A stretch of 37,433 nucleotides of DNA from Acidobacteriota bacterium (GCA_003161195.1 PMOV01000150.1:2556-39988), one strand, 5' to 3'. Positions 19,254 through 30,334 are shown, counted from the stretch's first letter. Program-made: numbers and translations. Notes: generated from the letters alone by a model not told the origin.

Positions 19254-20777
19254 CTACACGCGATTGCGGACTTTGCTGTGCTTCACGCCGTAGGTGAAGT
19301 AGATGACCATGCCGATGACCAGCCACACGACCAGGCGGATCCACGTCAGCGCCTTGAGGCCGGACATTAGCCCAAGCGAGATTAGCATGCCTAGGATTGG
19401 GACTAGCGGGACGAGCGGAGTACGGAATGGACGGTTTAGGTCCGGGCGGCGCACGCGCAGGATCCACACGCCGGCGCAAACGATGACGAACGCCAGCAAC
19501 GTACCGATGCTGACGAGTTGGCCCAAATCGCCGATGGGGACCAAGGCAGCTACGAAGGCCACCAGGACGCCGACGATGGCGGTGGACTTCCACGGGGTGC
19601 GAAAGCGCGGATGAATTTCGCCGGCCCATTTCCATAGCAGTCCATCGTTGGCCATGGAATAAAAGACGCGCGACTGGCCGAGCAGCATCACGAGCATTAC
19701 GGTGCTTAGGCCGGCGAGCGCGCCGGCGTTCACTACATAGCTTCCCCACTTCACACCCGTTTCGCGAATGGCCAGCGAGACTGGCGCGCCGATGTTCAGG
19801 CGCGAGTAGTGGACGGTGGCCGTGAGCAGGCCGCAGACCACGATATACAGAATGGTGCAAATGGTGAGCGAGCCGAGGATGCCGATGGGCATATCCTTCT
19901 GCGGATTCTTGGCTTCCTGTGCCGCCGTGGAGACGGCGTCGAAGCCAATGTAGGCGAAAAAGACCACCCCGGCGCCGCGTAAAACGCCGGACCAGCCGAA
20001 CGAACCGAAAGATCCGGTATTGGGCGGCAGGAAAACCCGCCAGTTGTCGTGCGCGATCTGCGGATTCTTCATCAGGTACGCGCTGGCTACGGCGATAAAG
20101 GTGAACACGGCGGCCAGCTTGACGAAGACGATCGCGGTATTAAAGTTGGCGGATTCCTTGATGCCGATGATCAGGATAATGGTCACCGCGATGATAGCGA
20201 GGAAAGCGATGAGGTTGAATTTGGCGGTGGCCATCGGAAGATTGGCGAGGTTTACGCTGGCCATTTTCAGGGTGTTGAGCGGGATCCAGCGGCCATCGAG
20301 AAATACCCACTTTGCGCCGGGCACGTCGCAGATTTGCGGCGGTAAGTTGATGCCGTAATCCTGCAGGAAGGCGATGAGTGTGCTGCTCCAGCCGCTGCCG
20401 ACGGTGGCGGCGCCGAAGGCGTATTCGAGGATCAGATCCCAGCCGATGATCCAGGCCACGATTTCACCGAGAGTTGCGTAGCCATAAGTGTAGGCGGAGC
20501 CGGCGATGGGAATCAGCGAAGCAAATTCCGCGTAGCAAAGTCCGGCGAAGACACAGCCGACGCCCGCGAGGACGTACGACAGCATGATGGCCGGCCCGGC
20601 ATACAGAGACGCTGCGGAACCGGTGAGCACGAAGATGCCCGCGCCGATGATGGCGCCAATGCCCAGGGTCATTAGATTGACGGGGCCAAGGGCGCGCTTC
20701 AGGGCGTGTTCGCCGGTGTCGCCGGCCTCGTGCATCAGCGTGGTGATGGACTTCGTGGCGAATAAAGGGTTGCCCAC
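19254..20777 (-). CDS. APC-family amino acid permease (cationic amino acid transporter-like)
   Basis: LGIGAIIGAGIFVLTG, CYAEFAS.IPIAGSAY, FFAYIGFDAVSTAAQEAKNPQKD, multiple TM helices. Confidence 0.95.
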   Translation of the reverse strand: MGNPLFATKSITTLMHEAGDTGEHALKRALGPVNLMTLGIGAIIGAGIFVLTGSAASLYAGPAIMLSYVLAGVGCVFAGLCYAEFASLIPIAGSAYTYGYATLGEIVAWIIGWDLILEYAFGAATVGSGWSSTLIAFLQDYGINLPPQICDVPGAKWVFLDGRWIPLNTLKMASVNLANLPMATAKFNLIAFLAIIAVTIILIIGIKESANFNTAIVFVKLAAVFTFIAVASAYLMKNPQIAHDNWRVFLPPNTGSFGSFGWSGVLRGAGVVFFAYIGFDAVSTAAQEAKNPQKDMPIGILGSLTICTILYIVVCGLLTATVHYSRLNIGAPVSLAIRETGVKWGSYVVNAGALAGLSTVMLVMLLGQSRVFYSMANDGLLWKWAGEIHPRFRTPWKSTAIVGVLVAFVAALVPIGDLGQLVSIGTLLAFVIVCAGVWILRVRRPDLNRPFRTPLVPLVPILGMLISLGLMSGLKALTWIRLVVWLVIGMVIYFTYGVKHSKVRNRV

Positions 20778-20951
20778 GCAACCTCCTCTGGAATTGGTTG
20801 GTAATGCGCGCTAAGAACGATGCGACAAAACTGCGCTGCTTTGAAATTTTGCCCCTGCCAATTTGGCCGCCATTGTACGGGTGCGGCGCGGTTCGTGCCA
20901 CTGGTAAATCGTGACTGCTAGTGGCGCGACGCGAAAAAGTCAAAGGCAAAA

Positions 20952-20979
20952 GCACGGGTCTGAAGACCCGCCGCTACAA
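20952..20979 (-). repeat. GTAG-type REP element
   Basis: TTGTAGCGG-CGGGTCT-TC-AGACCCG-TGC hairpin, downstream of the second permease. Confidence 0.65.
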
Positions 20980-21001
20980 CGGCAAACTTGGCTCGCGGTG
21001 C

Positions 21002-22552
21002 TCAGGGCGCCGGAATGCCCGGCTTGCTGCGTTTCGACCACAGCCAGTAGACCGGAACGCCCAGGAGCACGATGACCAGGCCGGGCCATGCGGTTTGCGT
21101 GCGATAGAAAAGTAAAACGCACAGGATGGCGGAGGCGGCCAGGATGTAAAACAGGGGGAGCATGGGATAGAGAAAAGTGCGATAGGGGCGGTCGGCGTTG
21201 GGACGCTTTGCACGCAGGACCATCACGCCGGCAACCGTGAGGATGTAAAAAATGATGGCGGAGAAGACTACATAGTCGAGCAGGTCGCTGTACAGATTGC
21301 CGTAGGTGACGGCTCCCGAAGCGCTTACGTGTCTGGTGCGCATCAGGATCAGAAGCGAGATCCAGATGCCTTGAAAGCCGAGGGCGATGGCCGGGACGCC
21401 GCGCGAGTTAAGTTTGCCGGTGGCTTTGAAGAAGAGTCCATCGTGGGCCATGGCGTAAGAGACACGAGCACCCGCGAGGATGAGGCCGTTGTTGCAGCCG
21501 AAGGTGGAGACGATAATGGCGCCGGCCATGATGAGCGCGCCCACCGGCCCGAAGATGGCTTGCAGCGCCGCGGTGGCTACGCGGTCGTCTGGCGCATTCT
21601 GGATTTGCGCCAGAGGCAAGGCGCAGAGATAGGCAATGTTCGCCAGGAAGTACAGCACCGTGACGATCACGGTGCCGAAGGCCATCGCCAGAGCCACATC
21701 GCGCTTGGGATTTTTTACTTCGGCGGCGGTGAAGCCGATATTGTTCCAGGCGTCGGAAGAGAAGAGCGAGCCAACCTGGGCCACGCCGAAGGCCACGAAA
21801 AGACCGAAGACCCCACTGGCTGCGGTGGTGGTCGGAAACATCCGCGTGAGGAAATTCGCGCCGGGCGCGATGAGCACGGGATTGCGCACCGTCCACAGAT
21901 GCGAGAAATTGTCCGTGATGGCGGCGTGGTTGTGGGCCACGAAAACGCCCAGAAAGATCACGCCGAGAAGCGCCAGCGTCTTCGCGGAAGTGAAAATGTT
22001 CTGGATCCATTTGCCGAGGCGCACGCCGAGCGTGTTCAGGAAAGTGAGGAATAGGACCAGGATGATGCCGACGAGTTGTTGTACGGAAAGGCTAATGGCG
22101 TAACGCGAGCCTAGCGCGATGGGCGCGACGATGAAGGAGTTGGGGGAAACGGCTGGAAAGAAAATGCCGAGGTAGCGCGCGAAGCCGACCGCCACCGCGG
22201 CGATTGTCCCTGTCTGAATGACCAGGAAGAGCGTCCAGCCGTAAAGAAATCCCCAGAGGGGCGAATACGCTTCGCGGAGATATACATACTGGCCGCCGGC
22301 GCGAGGGAACATGCCGGAAAGTTCGCCCGAAGACAGCGCGGCCGCAACAGTCAGCACGCCGGTGAGGACCCAGGTGAGCAGCAGCCCCCCGGGAGAACCC
22401 GTGAGGCGGCTGATATCGGCGGAGACGATAAAAATGCCGGATCCGATCATCGAGCCGACCACAATCATGGTGCCGTCGAAGAGCCCGATGGCGCGGACGA
22501 AACCATGTTCGCTGGCGACTACCGGAGCGGCGGGCTGGGCGCTGGTGGACAT
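21002..22552 (-). CDS. APC-family amino acid permease (LAT/SteT-like)
   Basis: VGSMIGSGIF, PRAGGQYVYLREAY, DAWNNIGFTAAEVKNPKR, RPYRT...YP. Start ATG 22552 (MSTSAQP). Confidence 0.93.
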   Translation of the reverse strand: MSTSAQPAAPVVASEHGFVRAIGLFDGTMIVVGSMIGSGIFIVSADISRLTGSPGGLLLTWVLTGVLTVAAALSSGELSGMFPRAGGQYVYLREAYSPLWGFLYGWTLFLVIQTGTIAAVAVGFARYLGIFFPAVSPNSFIVAPIALGSRYAISLSVQQLVGIILVLFLTFLNTLGVRLGKWIQNIFTSAKTLALLGVIFLGVFVAHNHAAITDNFSHLWTVRNPVLIAPGANFLTRMFPTTTAASGVFGLFVAFGVAQVGSLFSSDAWNNIGFTAAEVKNPKRDVALAMAFGTVIVTVLYFLANIAYLCALPLAQIQNAPDDRVATAALQAIFGPVGALIMAGAIIVSTFGCNNGLILAGARVSYAMAHDGLFFKATGKLNSRGVPAIALGFQGIWISLLILMRTRHVSASGAVTYGNLYSDLLDYVVFSAIIFYILTVAGVMVLRAKRPNADRPYRTFLYPMLPLFYILAASAILCVLLFYRTQTAWPGLVIVLLGVPVYWLWSKRSKPGIPAP

Positions 22553-22562
22553 AGTTTGCGGG

Positions 22563-23282
22563 TTAACTGAGCCAAACGTCCGTGTCGGAGCGATTCCCTG
22601 CACGCGGGACTCTTTCCAGAGCGGCGATGAATTGCGCGGCGCGTGCGGCAGGATCGGGCGCCAGCAAGACATCGCTGATGACAGCAACAGAGTCCGCCCC
22701 AGCGGCAATCATGTCCGGCGCACGCTCCAGCGCAATACCGCCAATCGCGACGATGGGCTTATCCGTGAGCAACCGCGCTCGGCGAATCAATTCGGCGCCG
22801 ACCACAGGGTCAGGATTGGCCTTACTGCGCGTCTCGAAGATCGGCCCGAGCGCGATATAGTCCGCCGTTGACGCCGCGGCGGCTCCGAACTGCTCGAGAT
22901 TGTGCGTGGAGACGCCGACGAGCTTGCCTTGCTGCGATCCCGCAGTCGCATCCACGGCCGACAACTGCGCCATCGCCGCACGCGATTGCTCCACGCTCAA
23001 ATCGTGTTGCCCTACGTGCACCCCGCTGGCCCCCGCCATCACCGCCACATCCGCCCGGTCGTTCACAAAAAACAACACGCCCTGCGGGCACACCGCAGCC
23101 GCAATAGCGCGAGATTTTTCCAGCAACTCGCCAGCGTCGGCGTGTTTGTCGCGATACTGCAGCAGACGCACCCCGGCGGCTACGAGCCTTTCCGCGCACT
23201 CAAGTTCGCTTTGCTTCAGCGTTTGTTTGATCAATGAAGCATCAAGTATCACATACAGGCGGGGTAGGACAAGACGCTTCAC
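22563..23282 (-). CDS. thiE: Thiamine phosphate synthase
   Basis: LYVILD, LQYRDK, VNDRAD, GVHVGQHD, GVSTH, DYIALGPIFETRSK, VAIGGI. GTG start 23282. Confidence 0.93.
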   Translation of the reverse strand: MKRLVLPRLYVILDASLIKQTLKQSELECAERLVAAGVRLLQYRDKHADAGELLEKSRAIAAAVCPQGVLFFVNDRADVAVMAGASGVHVGQHDLSVEQSRAAMAQLSAVDATAGSQQGKLVGVSTHNLEQFGAAAASTADYIALGPIFETRSKANPDPVVGAELIRRARLLTDKPIVAIGGIALERAPDMIAAGADSVAVISDVLLAPDPAARAAQFIAALERVPRAGNRSDTDVWLS

Positions 23283-23286
23283 GGCC

Positions 23287-24636
23287 TTATTTTCCGTTCG
23301 TTCCCAGCAATTTTTCGATGAAGTGGGTGTCAAAGTTGCCGCTGGCAAAATCCGGGTCCGCCAGGATGCGCCGCTGCAGCGGAATCGAAGTCTTGATCCC
23401 CTCGATCACGAACATCTCCAACGCGCGCTTCATACGGCCGATGGCTTCGCCGCGGTCGCGGCCCTTCACAATCAGCTTGGCGATCATGGAGTCGTAGTAC
23501 GGTGGTATGACCGCATCGGCATACGCCGCGGAGTCCACACGCACCCCCGTGCCTCCCGGCGCCTGAAACGTGGTGATGCGCCCTGCAGAAGGTACAAACG
23601 TGACGGGATCTTCCGCGTTGATGCGGCACTCGATGGCGTGGCCGGAAAACTGGATTTCGCCTGCGGCGTCAGCCATTTTTTCACCCGCGGCGATGCGGAT
23701 CTGCGCCTTGATTAAATCCACCCCGGTGAGCAATTCCGTCACCGGATGCTCCACCTGAATGCGCGTGTTCATTTCGATGAAGTACAGCGAACCGTCTTCA
23801 TCCATCAGAAATTCCACGGTGCCAGCGTTCGTGTAACCAATATTCTGCAGCGCCTTGGTGACTTTGGCGCCAAACTCCTTACGCCGTTTCGGATCCATCA
23901 CCGGCGACGGCGATTCTTCGAGCAGCTTCTGGTGCCGCCGCTGGATGGTGCATTCACGTTCGCCCAGATGAATCACTTTGCCATACTGGTCGCCCAGCAC
24001 CTGAAACTCGATATGCCGCGGATGCTCGATGAACTTCTCGGCGTATACGTCCGGATTGCCAAAGGCCTGCTGCGCTTCGCTGCGCGCGGTCTCATAGGCG
24101 TTTAAAAGTTCGTCCTGCTTGCGCACCACGCGCATCCCGCGACCGCCGCCGCCTGCCACCGCCTTCAGGATCAGCGGGTACCCAATATTTTTGGCTTCCT
24201 TGGCAAGCTGCTCTTCGCCCTCCACAATGCCCGCGCTGCCGGGAACCGTCACCAGCCCCGCTGCGGTAATTTCCCGCCGCGCACGATCTTTCTCGCCCAT
24301 CATTTCGATCACTTCGGGCGTCGGCCCAATAAACGTAATCTCCGATGCTTCGCAAACCTTGGCGAAATTGGCGTTCTCGCTCAAAAAGCCATAGCCCGGA
24401 TGAATGGCGTCCACATTGGTGATCTCCGCGGCGCTGATCACCTGCGGAATATTCAGATAGCTCTCGCTGCTGCGCGCCGGCCCGATACACACGGCCTCAT
24501 CGGCAAAGCGCACGTGCAAGGAATTGCGGTCGGCCTCCGAATACACCGCCACGGTCGAGATGCCCAGCTCTTTGCACGCGCAGATAACCCGCAGGGCAAT
24601 TTCCCCGCGATTCGCTACTAGTATTTTCTGGAACAT
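23287..24636 (-). CDS. accC: Acetyl-CoA carboxylase, biotin carboxylase subunit
   Basis: [51 protein letters not shown]. Confidence 0.97.
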   Translation of the reverse strand: MFQKILVANRGEIALRVICACKELGISTVAVYSEADRNSLHVRFADEAVCIGPARSSESYLNIPQVISAAEITNVDAIHPGYGFLSENANFAKVCEASEITFIGPTPEVIEMMGEKDRARREITAAGLVTVPGSAGIVEGEEQLAKEAKNIGYPLILKAVAGGGGRGMRVVRKQDELLNAYETARSEAQQAFGNPDVYAEKFIEHPRHIEFQVLGDQYGKVIHLGERECTIQRRHQKLLEESPSPVMDPKRRKEFGAKVTKALQNIGYTNAGTVEFLMDEDGSLYFIEMNTRIQVEHPVTELLTGVDLIKAQIRIAAGEKMADAAGEIQFSGHAIECRINAEDPVTFVPSAGRITTFQAPGGTGVRVDSAAYADAVIPPYYDSMIAKLIVKGRDRGEAIGRMKRALEMFVIEGIKTSIPLQRRILADPDFASGNFDTHFIEKLLGTNGK

Positions 24637-24649
24637 GGATGAGGGGCCG

Positions 24650-25210
24650 TTACCGCTTGCGGCCGGGGCGGACTCCAAACAGCGGCTGCCCGTACTCGAC
24701 AGGCTGACCATTTTCGACAAACATGCGGACGATTTCTCCGCTGACGTCCGATTCAATCTCGTTCATCAGTTTCATGGCTTCCACGATGCACAGCGTCTGA
24801 CCTGTCTCCACAACGCTGCCCACTTTCACGAACGCTTCGGAGCCAGGACTGGGCGATTCGTAATATGTGCCCACGATAGGCGACTTCACCAAATGAAGAT
24901 CCTCGGTCGAGCGTGCTTCCGGCGCCCCACCGTGTCCTGCGCCCGCCCCCTGCGCGGCGCCGCCACCCTGCGCCGCTGCACCGTGCGTTTCGCCCGCGAC
25001 AATAATCTCCGGCATCCCGCCGCGCGGCGGCGCGGTGAGATACACACCCTGCGCCGGCTTGCGCAAACGTATCCGCAAGTCGCCTCGCGAATACTCAAAC
25101 TCTTCCAGGTTATGCTCGGTCATGAACTGCAACAGTTGCTCGATCTGGGCGATTTCCGGGTCCGCGAACGTCGCGCGGCCTGCGGTTTTGGGGGACTTTT
25201 TTCGGTTCAT
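24650..25210 (-). CDS. accB: Acetyl-CoA carboxylase biotin carboxyl carrier protein
   Basis: [10 protein letters not shown] and [10 protein letters not shown] biotinylation motif; upstream of accC. Confidence 0.97.
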   Translation of the reverse strand: MNRKKSPKTAGRATFADPEIAQIEQLLQFMTEHNLEEFEYSRGDLRIRLRKPAQGVYLTAPPRGGMPEIIVAGETHGAAAQGGGAAQGAGAGHGGAPEARSTEDLHLVKSPIVGTYYESPSPGSEAFVKVGSVVETGQTLCIVEAMKLMNEIESDVSGEIVRMFVENGQPVEYGQPLFGVRPGRKR

Positions 25211-25219
25211 GCCTGTTTT

Positions 25220-26311
25220 TTAAAGCTCGGTAAAATCCCGCGAAACGCGGGTCAAAACTTCCGTGCGGTTTTCGTGCACTACTACATCGTCTTCAATGCG
25301 GATCCCGCCGACACCAGCGAAGTACAGTCCCGGCTCGATGGTAATCGCGTTGCCGGGCTCCAGCCGCCGCGTCTGGCCCTTGGCCACGCGGGGATCCTCG
25401 TGGACCTCCAAGCCCAGGCCATGCCCGGTGCTGTGCACGAAGTAGCGCTCGAGCCGGTGCCCTGCCAGGACATTCCGCGCCGCGGCATCGACGTCCCCGC
25501 AGCTTGCGCCATTCCGAACCGCAGCAATCGCCGCCCCTTGGGCTTGCAGGACCGCCTGATACCAACCGCGCACGCGCGACGACGCCCGCCCCACATAGTA
25601 TGTTCGGGTGATGTCGCTGCAATAGTGCGCGAGTATAGCACCCAGGTCCAGTACCACCAACTCATTTTTCCTCAAGCGTTTGCCGGTAGCCCGCGCGTGT
25701 GGCAGCGCGGCGCGCGCGCCAAACGCCACGATGGTCTCAAACGCCGTGCCCGAGGCGCCGCGCTTCCTCATCTGATATTCGATCTCCGCAGCCACCTCAA
25801 ACTCGCGGATGCCCGGCTTCAGCATCCCAGCCGCCAGGCTCATCACTTCGTCTGCCACGCGGGCTGCCCGGCGCATTGCGGCCAGTTCTGCCGCATCTTT
25901 GCACATCCGCAGGCCCGACACTAACCCCGGCGCCGCGCGCCACGCCACGCGCTTCCCTGTCGCTTTGCTTAGCGCGCCACGCTGCGACACCATCAGTTGT
26001 GTCGGATCGAAGCCTACATGCCGGCCACGGCTAGTCCGCAAAAAATTGCCCGCCGCCGCGTACAGCGCCCCCGCCTGTCTAACGATTCTTACACCACTGC
26101 TTTCCGCACCGGCTTGCTCGACGAACCGCCCGTCGGTAATCAGCGTCGCCGCCGCGCCAGGCTCCCGAGAGATAATCAGCGCGCCCGAGTCCCCAGTAAA
26201 GCCTGTGAGGTAAAACCAATCGGCTAAGTGAGTTACCAGAAGACGGTCCAGCTTCTCCTGCGCCAGCCGAGTCTGCAAGGCCCTCCGGCGTTTCGCAAAC
26301 ACGCTGGTCAT
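25220..26311 (-). CDS. Xaa-Pro aminopeptidase/dipeptidase (M24B)
   Basis: YLTGFTG, DLGA...YCSDITRT, HSTGHGLGLEVHE, TIEPGLY, GIRIEDD. Start uncertain (26311 or 26347). Confidence 0.93.
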   Translation of the reverse strand: MTSVFAKRRRALQTRLAQEKLDRLLVTHLADWFYLTGFTGDSGALIISREPGAAATLITDGRFVEQAGAESSGVRIVRQAGALYAAAGNFLRTSRGRHVGFDPTQLMVSQRGALSKATGKRVAWRAAPGLVSGLRMCKDAAELAAMRRAARVADEVMSLAAGMLKPGIREFEVAAEIEYQMRKRGASGTAFETIVAFGARAALPHARATGKRLRKNELVVLDLGAILAHYCSDITRTYYVGRASSRVRGWYQAVLQAQGAAIAAVRNGASCGDVDAAARNVLAGHRLERYFVHSTGHGLGLEVHEDPRVAKGQTRRLEPGNAITIEPGLYFAGVGGIRIEDDVVVHENRTEVLTRVSRDFTEL

Positions 26312-26446
26312 TCGTTCGTCTGGCCTCAAAGAATTAGTCTGCCTCAAAGAAAACGAGGAGACCGTAGTCTCCTCGTTTGGCTGCTAATCATTATATGCGA
26401 TATCCGGAGCCCCTGAAAACCAAAGTCCCGCAAGCACCCGAATTAT

Positions 26447-26474
26447 CCGGGTCAAATCACCCGGGTCAAATCAC
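26447..26474. repeat. 14-bp perfect tandem duplication overlapping the pilQ stop
   Basis: CCGGGTCAAATCAC x2. Confidence 0.85.
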
Positions 26475-28504
26475 CCCGGTAGAATGCGCGGCGTCAGGAA
26501 GAACAACAACTCCTGCGACGTCACGTTTACCGTGGTGCGCTTGAAGAGGTTACCGATAATCGGCAAACTGCCCACGAAGGGCACCTCCTGAATATTAAGC
26601 GTCTGTTGGGTGACGATGATGCCGCCGATCACCACCGTGCCGCCATCCGCGACCAGCACCTTGGTCTCCGCGGACTGCGTATCGAGTGCCGGAATACCGG
26701 ACACGCGGGGAATACCGGAGTCCACCTGGGTATTCTCGACCAGCACGTCCATGAAAATGGTGCCCTCCCCGGTAATCTGCGGTGTCACTTCCAGCTTCAG
26801 CACCGCGTCAATGTACTGCACCGAGATGGTGTTGTTGATGGTCGTCTGAATTGGAATCTTCGTACCTTGCTTGACGGTGGCTTTCTCGTTGTTCTGCGTC
26901 ACCACCCGCGGCTTGGAGAGCAGTTTGCCGACGCCTTTGGATTCTGCCGCCGAAATGTAGAAGTCGATGGCGAAGTTCGGCGAACGATGCGAGAAGCCAA
27001 AGCCGCTGGTCGGAGCTCCCGCGCCGAGGTTGGTGTTGAGCGGGATACCGGTGGTCGCGCCGTTGCCGCTAGTCAGACCGGAGGAGCTGCTGACCGTCAC
27101 GGGCGAAGCGGGGATGCCCGAGCCGGTCGAGACGCCGCTACCGCCCACCGCCGGATTGCCGCTGAAGAGCGAACGTCCGCCGGTTGTGGTGCCCGCAAAA
27201 CCGAGTTCCGTACCGATGTCCTGCGCAAAGGAACGCGAGGCCGCAACCACGCGCGCCTCAATTTCCACCTGCTGGGATTTGCGGTCCAGCTGGCGAATCA
27301 GGTTGTCCACCACCGGAATCACCTGCGGAATATCGCGGATGATCAGCTGGTTCGAGCGATCGTCGGAAAGAATGTCGCCGCGCGAAGAGAGAAATTTCTT
27401 CAGCGTGTCTTTCATCAACGAAGCCTTGGCATAGTTCAGCACGCGCGTCACGGTCACCGGCGTAGTAGCATCCGCTTGCGCCTTCTCCAGGTCGCGCTGT
27501 GTTTCGGCTTCCTTCTTCAGCGTGTCGCGCGTGGCAATGCGCAGCACGTTGCCGTTCAGCTGCTTATCGAGGCCGTTGTTCTGTAAAACGATGTCCAGCG
27601 CCTGATCCCAGGGAACTTCATCGAGTACGATGGTCAACGTGCCCTTCACCGCGGGATCCAGTACCACGTTCAGCCCGCTGATTTCGTGAATCAGGCGGAA
27701 GAAATCCCGCAGGTCCACGTCCTTCAGGTTCACCGAAATAGGCTCGCCGGAATACTTTCCAGTTGGGTTTACCGTCGAGCCGGACTGCGTGGCCATGGTG
27801 GCCGCTGCGGTGTTGGCTTGCTGAATCGCTTGCTGCGAAGCCTGCTGGGCCGAGCTATCCGCCGGCCGCGCCGGCTGGCTGAACGAGCCGAAAGCCGCTG
27901 CCGGCTGCGTCAACTCCACAGGCAAGGAAAACTTCGGCGCCGGAATTTGCTGCAGCGCCTTGGCGGAACGCGTGGCCGCGAGTGGCTTGGCCTTCACGTC
28001 GTGGAATTGCGGGCGAGCGGCCGCTCCATCATTGTTCGAGGTAATGCTGGTCGGCGCCGGCGTCGCTGCCGGGCCCGCGGGCTGCGCGTCAAAATAAATC
28101 ACCACCGATTCGCCGTCGCGCGCGATTTGGTACGGCGTCGCGGCCGTCAGGTCCACCACGATGCGCGCCACATCCGGGCGATACTGTCCCAGCCGCACAC
28201 CGCGCACCGGCGCGGACACGCCGGGGATCAGCGTCTTCTCCACGTGCAACCGTGCGCCCGCAAAATCCAGCACCAGTCGCTCCGGGCTCTGCAGGCGGGC
28301 GGCGTGGACCTCCAGCCGTCCCTCGCCCTCGACGCGCACTGCGGCGCGCTCGGGGGCCTGCGTGATGGCCACGCTGGAAATCACCGCGGCGGTGGCCGTC
28401 GCTCCGCTCGGCTCGGGAGCCTGCGCCAGCACGGGGCTGGCCGCAAACGCCAGGCTCGCAAAAATTAAGCAGCCATACCGTAAAGCCGGCCGGGTCGTCT
28501 TCAT
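26471..28504 (-). CDS. pilQ: Type IV pilus secretin PilQ with AMIN domain
   Basis: Signal peptide, AMIN (PERLVLDF), GEPISVNLKDVDL, VPWDQALD, QVEIEARVV, VPFVGSLPIIGNLFK, ELLFFLTPRI. Confidence 0.96.
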   Translation of the reverse strand: MKTTRPALRYGCLIFASLAFAASPVLAQAPEPSGATATAAVISSVAITQAPERAAVRVEGEGRLEVHAARLQSPERLVLDFAGARLHVEKTLIPGVSAPVRGVRLGQYRPDVARIVVDLTAATPYQIARDGESVVIYFDAQPAGPAATPAPTSITSNNDGAAARPQFHDVKAKPLAATRSAKALQQIPAPKFSLPVELTQPAAAFGSFSQPARPADSSAQQASQQAIQQANTAAATMATQSGSTVNPTGKYSGEPISVNLKDVDLRDFFRLIHEISGLNVVLDPAVKGTLTIVLDEVPWDQALDIVLQNNGLDKQLNGNVLRIATRDTLKKEAETQRDLEKAQADATTPVTVTRVLNYAKASLMKDTLKKFLSSRGDILSDDRSNQLIIRDIPQVIPVVDNLIRQLDRKSQQVEIEARVVAASRSFAQDIGTELGFAGTTTGGRSLFSGNPAVGGSGVSTGSGIPASPVTVSSSSGLTSGNGATTGIPLNTNLGAGAPTSGFGFSHRSPNFAIDFYISAAESKGVGKLLSKPRVVTQNNEKATVKQGTKIPIQTTINNTISVQYIDAVLKLEVTPQITGEGTIFMDVLVENTQVDSGIPRVSGIPALDTQSAETKVLVADGGTVVIGGIIVTQQTLNIQEVPFVGSLPIIGNLFKRTTVNVTSQELLFFLTPRILPG

Positions 28505-29034
28505 TGCTGATCTCCTGCACCACTCGAGTAAATTCGTTTGTTTACCTGCCGTTCCACGGGCTTGCCGAACGCATCCTTACCCATCTCGTGAAACGAAACG
28601 CCGTCCATCGCTATCTTTTCCACTTTTCCGTCGTACAACTGGTCGCCTTCGCGCAAGAAGTACGTACGCGACTGCGGATTCGTCACCATCGCGATCATGC
28701 CGTTCGCGGATTTCACGATGCCGTCCAGCCGCAGCGTGCTCACCTGCAAGCCCGCTTTGCCCGGAGGCAAATTCTTCGAAGCCGCTGCCGCCGCCTGTTG
28801 CCGGCCGACCAGCGATTCAAACGGATCCCTGCGGCTACCGCGGCTAACCCCTTCTTGGTCCCCCTCGGGCGCTGGTGCCGCCGCCTCGGCGGGCTTCGCC
28901 AATTTCTTAGTGGTGGATTTCTTCGCGGGCTTGCCGGCGGCCGGCGCCGCAGACTTCGGCGGCGTCTGCCCCAGCAGACCAGGAGCGCTGGCCGCGACGA
29001 GAATCCCTAGGATGAGAGTTTTCACGAAACGCAT
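28501..29034 (-). CDS. pilP: Type IV pilus assembly protein PilP-like
   Basis: RRDPFESL, LRLDGIV, YFLREGDQL; located between pilO and pilQ. Confidence 0.85.
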   Translation of the reverse strand: MRFVKTLILGILVAASAPGLLGQTPPKSAAPAAGKPAKKSTTKKLAKPAEAAAPAPEGDQEGVSRGSRRDPFESLVGRQQAAAAASKNLPPGKAGLQVSTLRLDGIVKSANGMIAMVTNPQSRTYFLREGDQLYDGKVEKIAMDGVSFHEMGKDAFGKPVERQVNKRIYSSGAGDQQ

Positions 29035-29051
29035 AGTTCGCTCATTCCCGC

Positions 29052-29705
29052 TCAGGGTTTTCCAGCCGCTGCGCCAGTGGCCTTGGCTCCAGTTGCGGGA
29101 GCGCTGGTCTGGTCAGCAGGCTTGGTGAAAAATGTTGTTGCCGTGAACACCGCGGCCACCGTGGTGCCCGGCCGCAGCGGAAACTTCGCGCCGCTCTTCG
29201 CCGAGTCCGGATCGGTGAACGTCAGGTCGCCTACATTGATAATTCGCGAGAGGCGCGCCAGGCGTCCGAAAAAGTCCAGAATATTGAAGTACGGCCCGTC
29301 CGCCGCCACTTCAAACGGCATCTCGTAGTGATATTCCTTGGAAACCACTGCCAGCGCTGTCAACCGCCGCAACTGTACGTTCGACGCGCTGGCTGCGCCT
29401 TGCAACAGGCGAATGAATTCGTCGGTATCTTTTTCTTCCGGCACGATGGTCTTCAGCGTCTCCAGTTGCTTGGAGAGCGCGTCCATCTGCTGTTTCAATT
29501 CGCCGTACCGTTGCTGGTAAACCTGCAACTGAATCACTTCCTGATTTAGCTTGGTGCGCTCGATCGCTGCCTGGTCTTCCTGCGCCCGCACCGCGGCCAC
29601 CGGAGAAATCGGCACGAATAAGCCCACAAGCAATAACACGATGGCCACCGCTACCCCGACCAGGATCTGGATGAACACCGACATATCGCGAAACGGATTG
29701 GCCAT
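29052..29705 (-). CDS. pilO: Type IV pilus assembly protein PilO
   Basis: N-terminal TM, coiled coil, IVPEEK, YEMPFEV...GPYFNILDFF...LSRIINV. Confidence 0.92.
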   Translation of the reverse strand: MANPFRDMSVFIQILVGVAVAIVLLLVGLFVPISPVAAVRAQEDQAAIERTKLNQEVIQLQVYQQRYGELKQQMDALSKQLETLKTIVPEEKDTDEFIRLLQGAASASNVQLRRLTALAVVSKEYHYEMPFEVAADGPYFNILDFFGRLARLSRIINVGDLTFTDPDSAKSGAKFPLRPGTTVAAVFTATTFFTKPADQTSAPATGAKATGAAAGKP

Positions 29706-29714
29706 GGCGCGTTC

Positions 29715-30332
29715 TTAACCTTTCTTAGCCGGCACCGGCGCGTTGGCCGGCTTGCTCTGCGCCGCCGGAGGCGGCGCTATCTCAGCGGAAATTTGGAATA
29801 GGAACGTCTGCACCGCAGTGTTGTGGTCGTCCTGCTTGGATTCCTTGATTTCCACCTTCTGGAAATATCCCGAGCGTTTCATGGCCGTAATGAAATTGGC
29901 CACCGCGTTGATCGACGCCGAAGAGCCTTCCATGCTCAGCGTTGCGCCCTTGCGCGTCAGTGTGGTCAGCCACAGATTCTCCGTGCGCGAAACCGTGTCC
30001 GCGATCTCATCCAGCAACTCCTGGCTGCCGGTGCGGTCGCGCTGCAGTTGCTCGATGGTGGAAACCCGCTGCTGCAACACCACCTTCTGCTTCTCAAACG
30101 CTTCCACTTGCGCCTTGGTCTGCTCGAGCTGGGTTTTTTGCGCCCGCAAACTCTGAATTTTCGCTTGTTCCGCCGTCAGTTGGCTCTTGTATTGCGAATA
30201 CATGTACAGCAGTACCAGGCATGCCAGCACCACGCCCGCCCCGATAAACAGCAGTGGCAACGCGGCGCCCGTATCCACCGGCCGCCGCGCGGAGCGGGGT
30301 CGAATCTGTCCGAGAAGGTTTATGCGGATCAT
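29715..30332 (-). CDS. pilN: Type IV pilus assembly protein PilN
   Basis: MIRINLL (PilM-binding motif), TM, coiled coil, LWLT...G...VANF. Confidence 0.93.
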   Translation of the reverse strand: MIRINLLGQIRPRSARRPVDTGAALPLLFIGAGVVLACLVLLYMYSQYKSQLTAEQAKIQSLRAQKTQLEQTKAQVEAFEKQKVVLQQRVSTIEQLQRDRTGSQELLDEIADTVSRTENLWLTTLTRKGATLSMEGSSASINAVANFITAMKRSGYFQKVEIKESKQDDHNTAVQTFLFQISAEIAPPPAAQSKPANAPVPAKKG

Positions 30333-30334
30333 GG

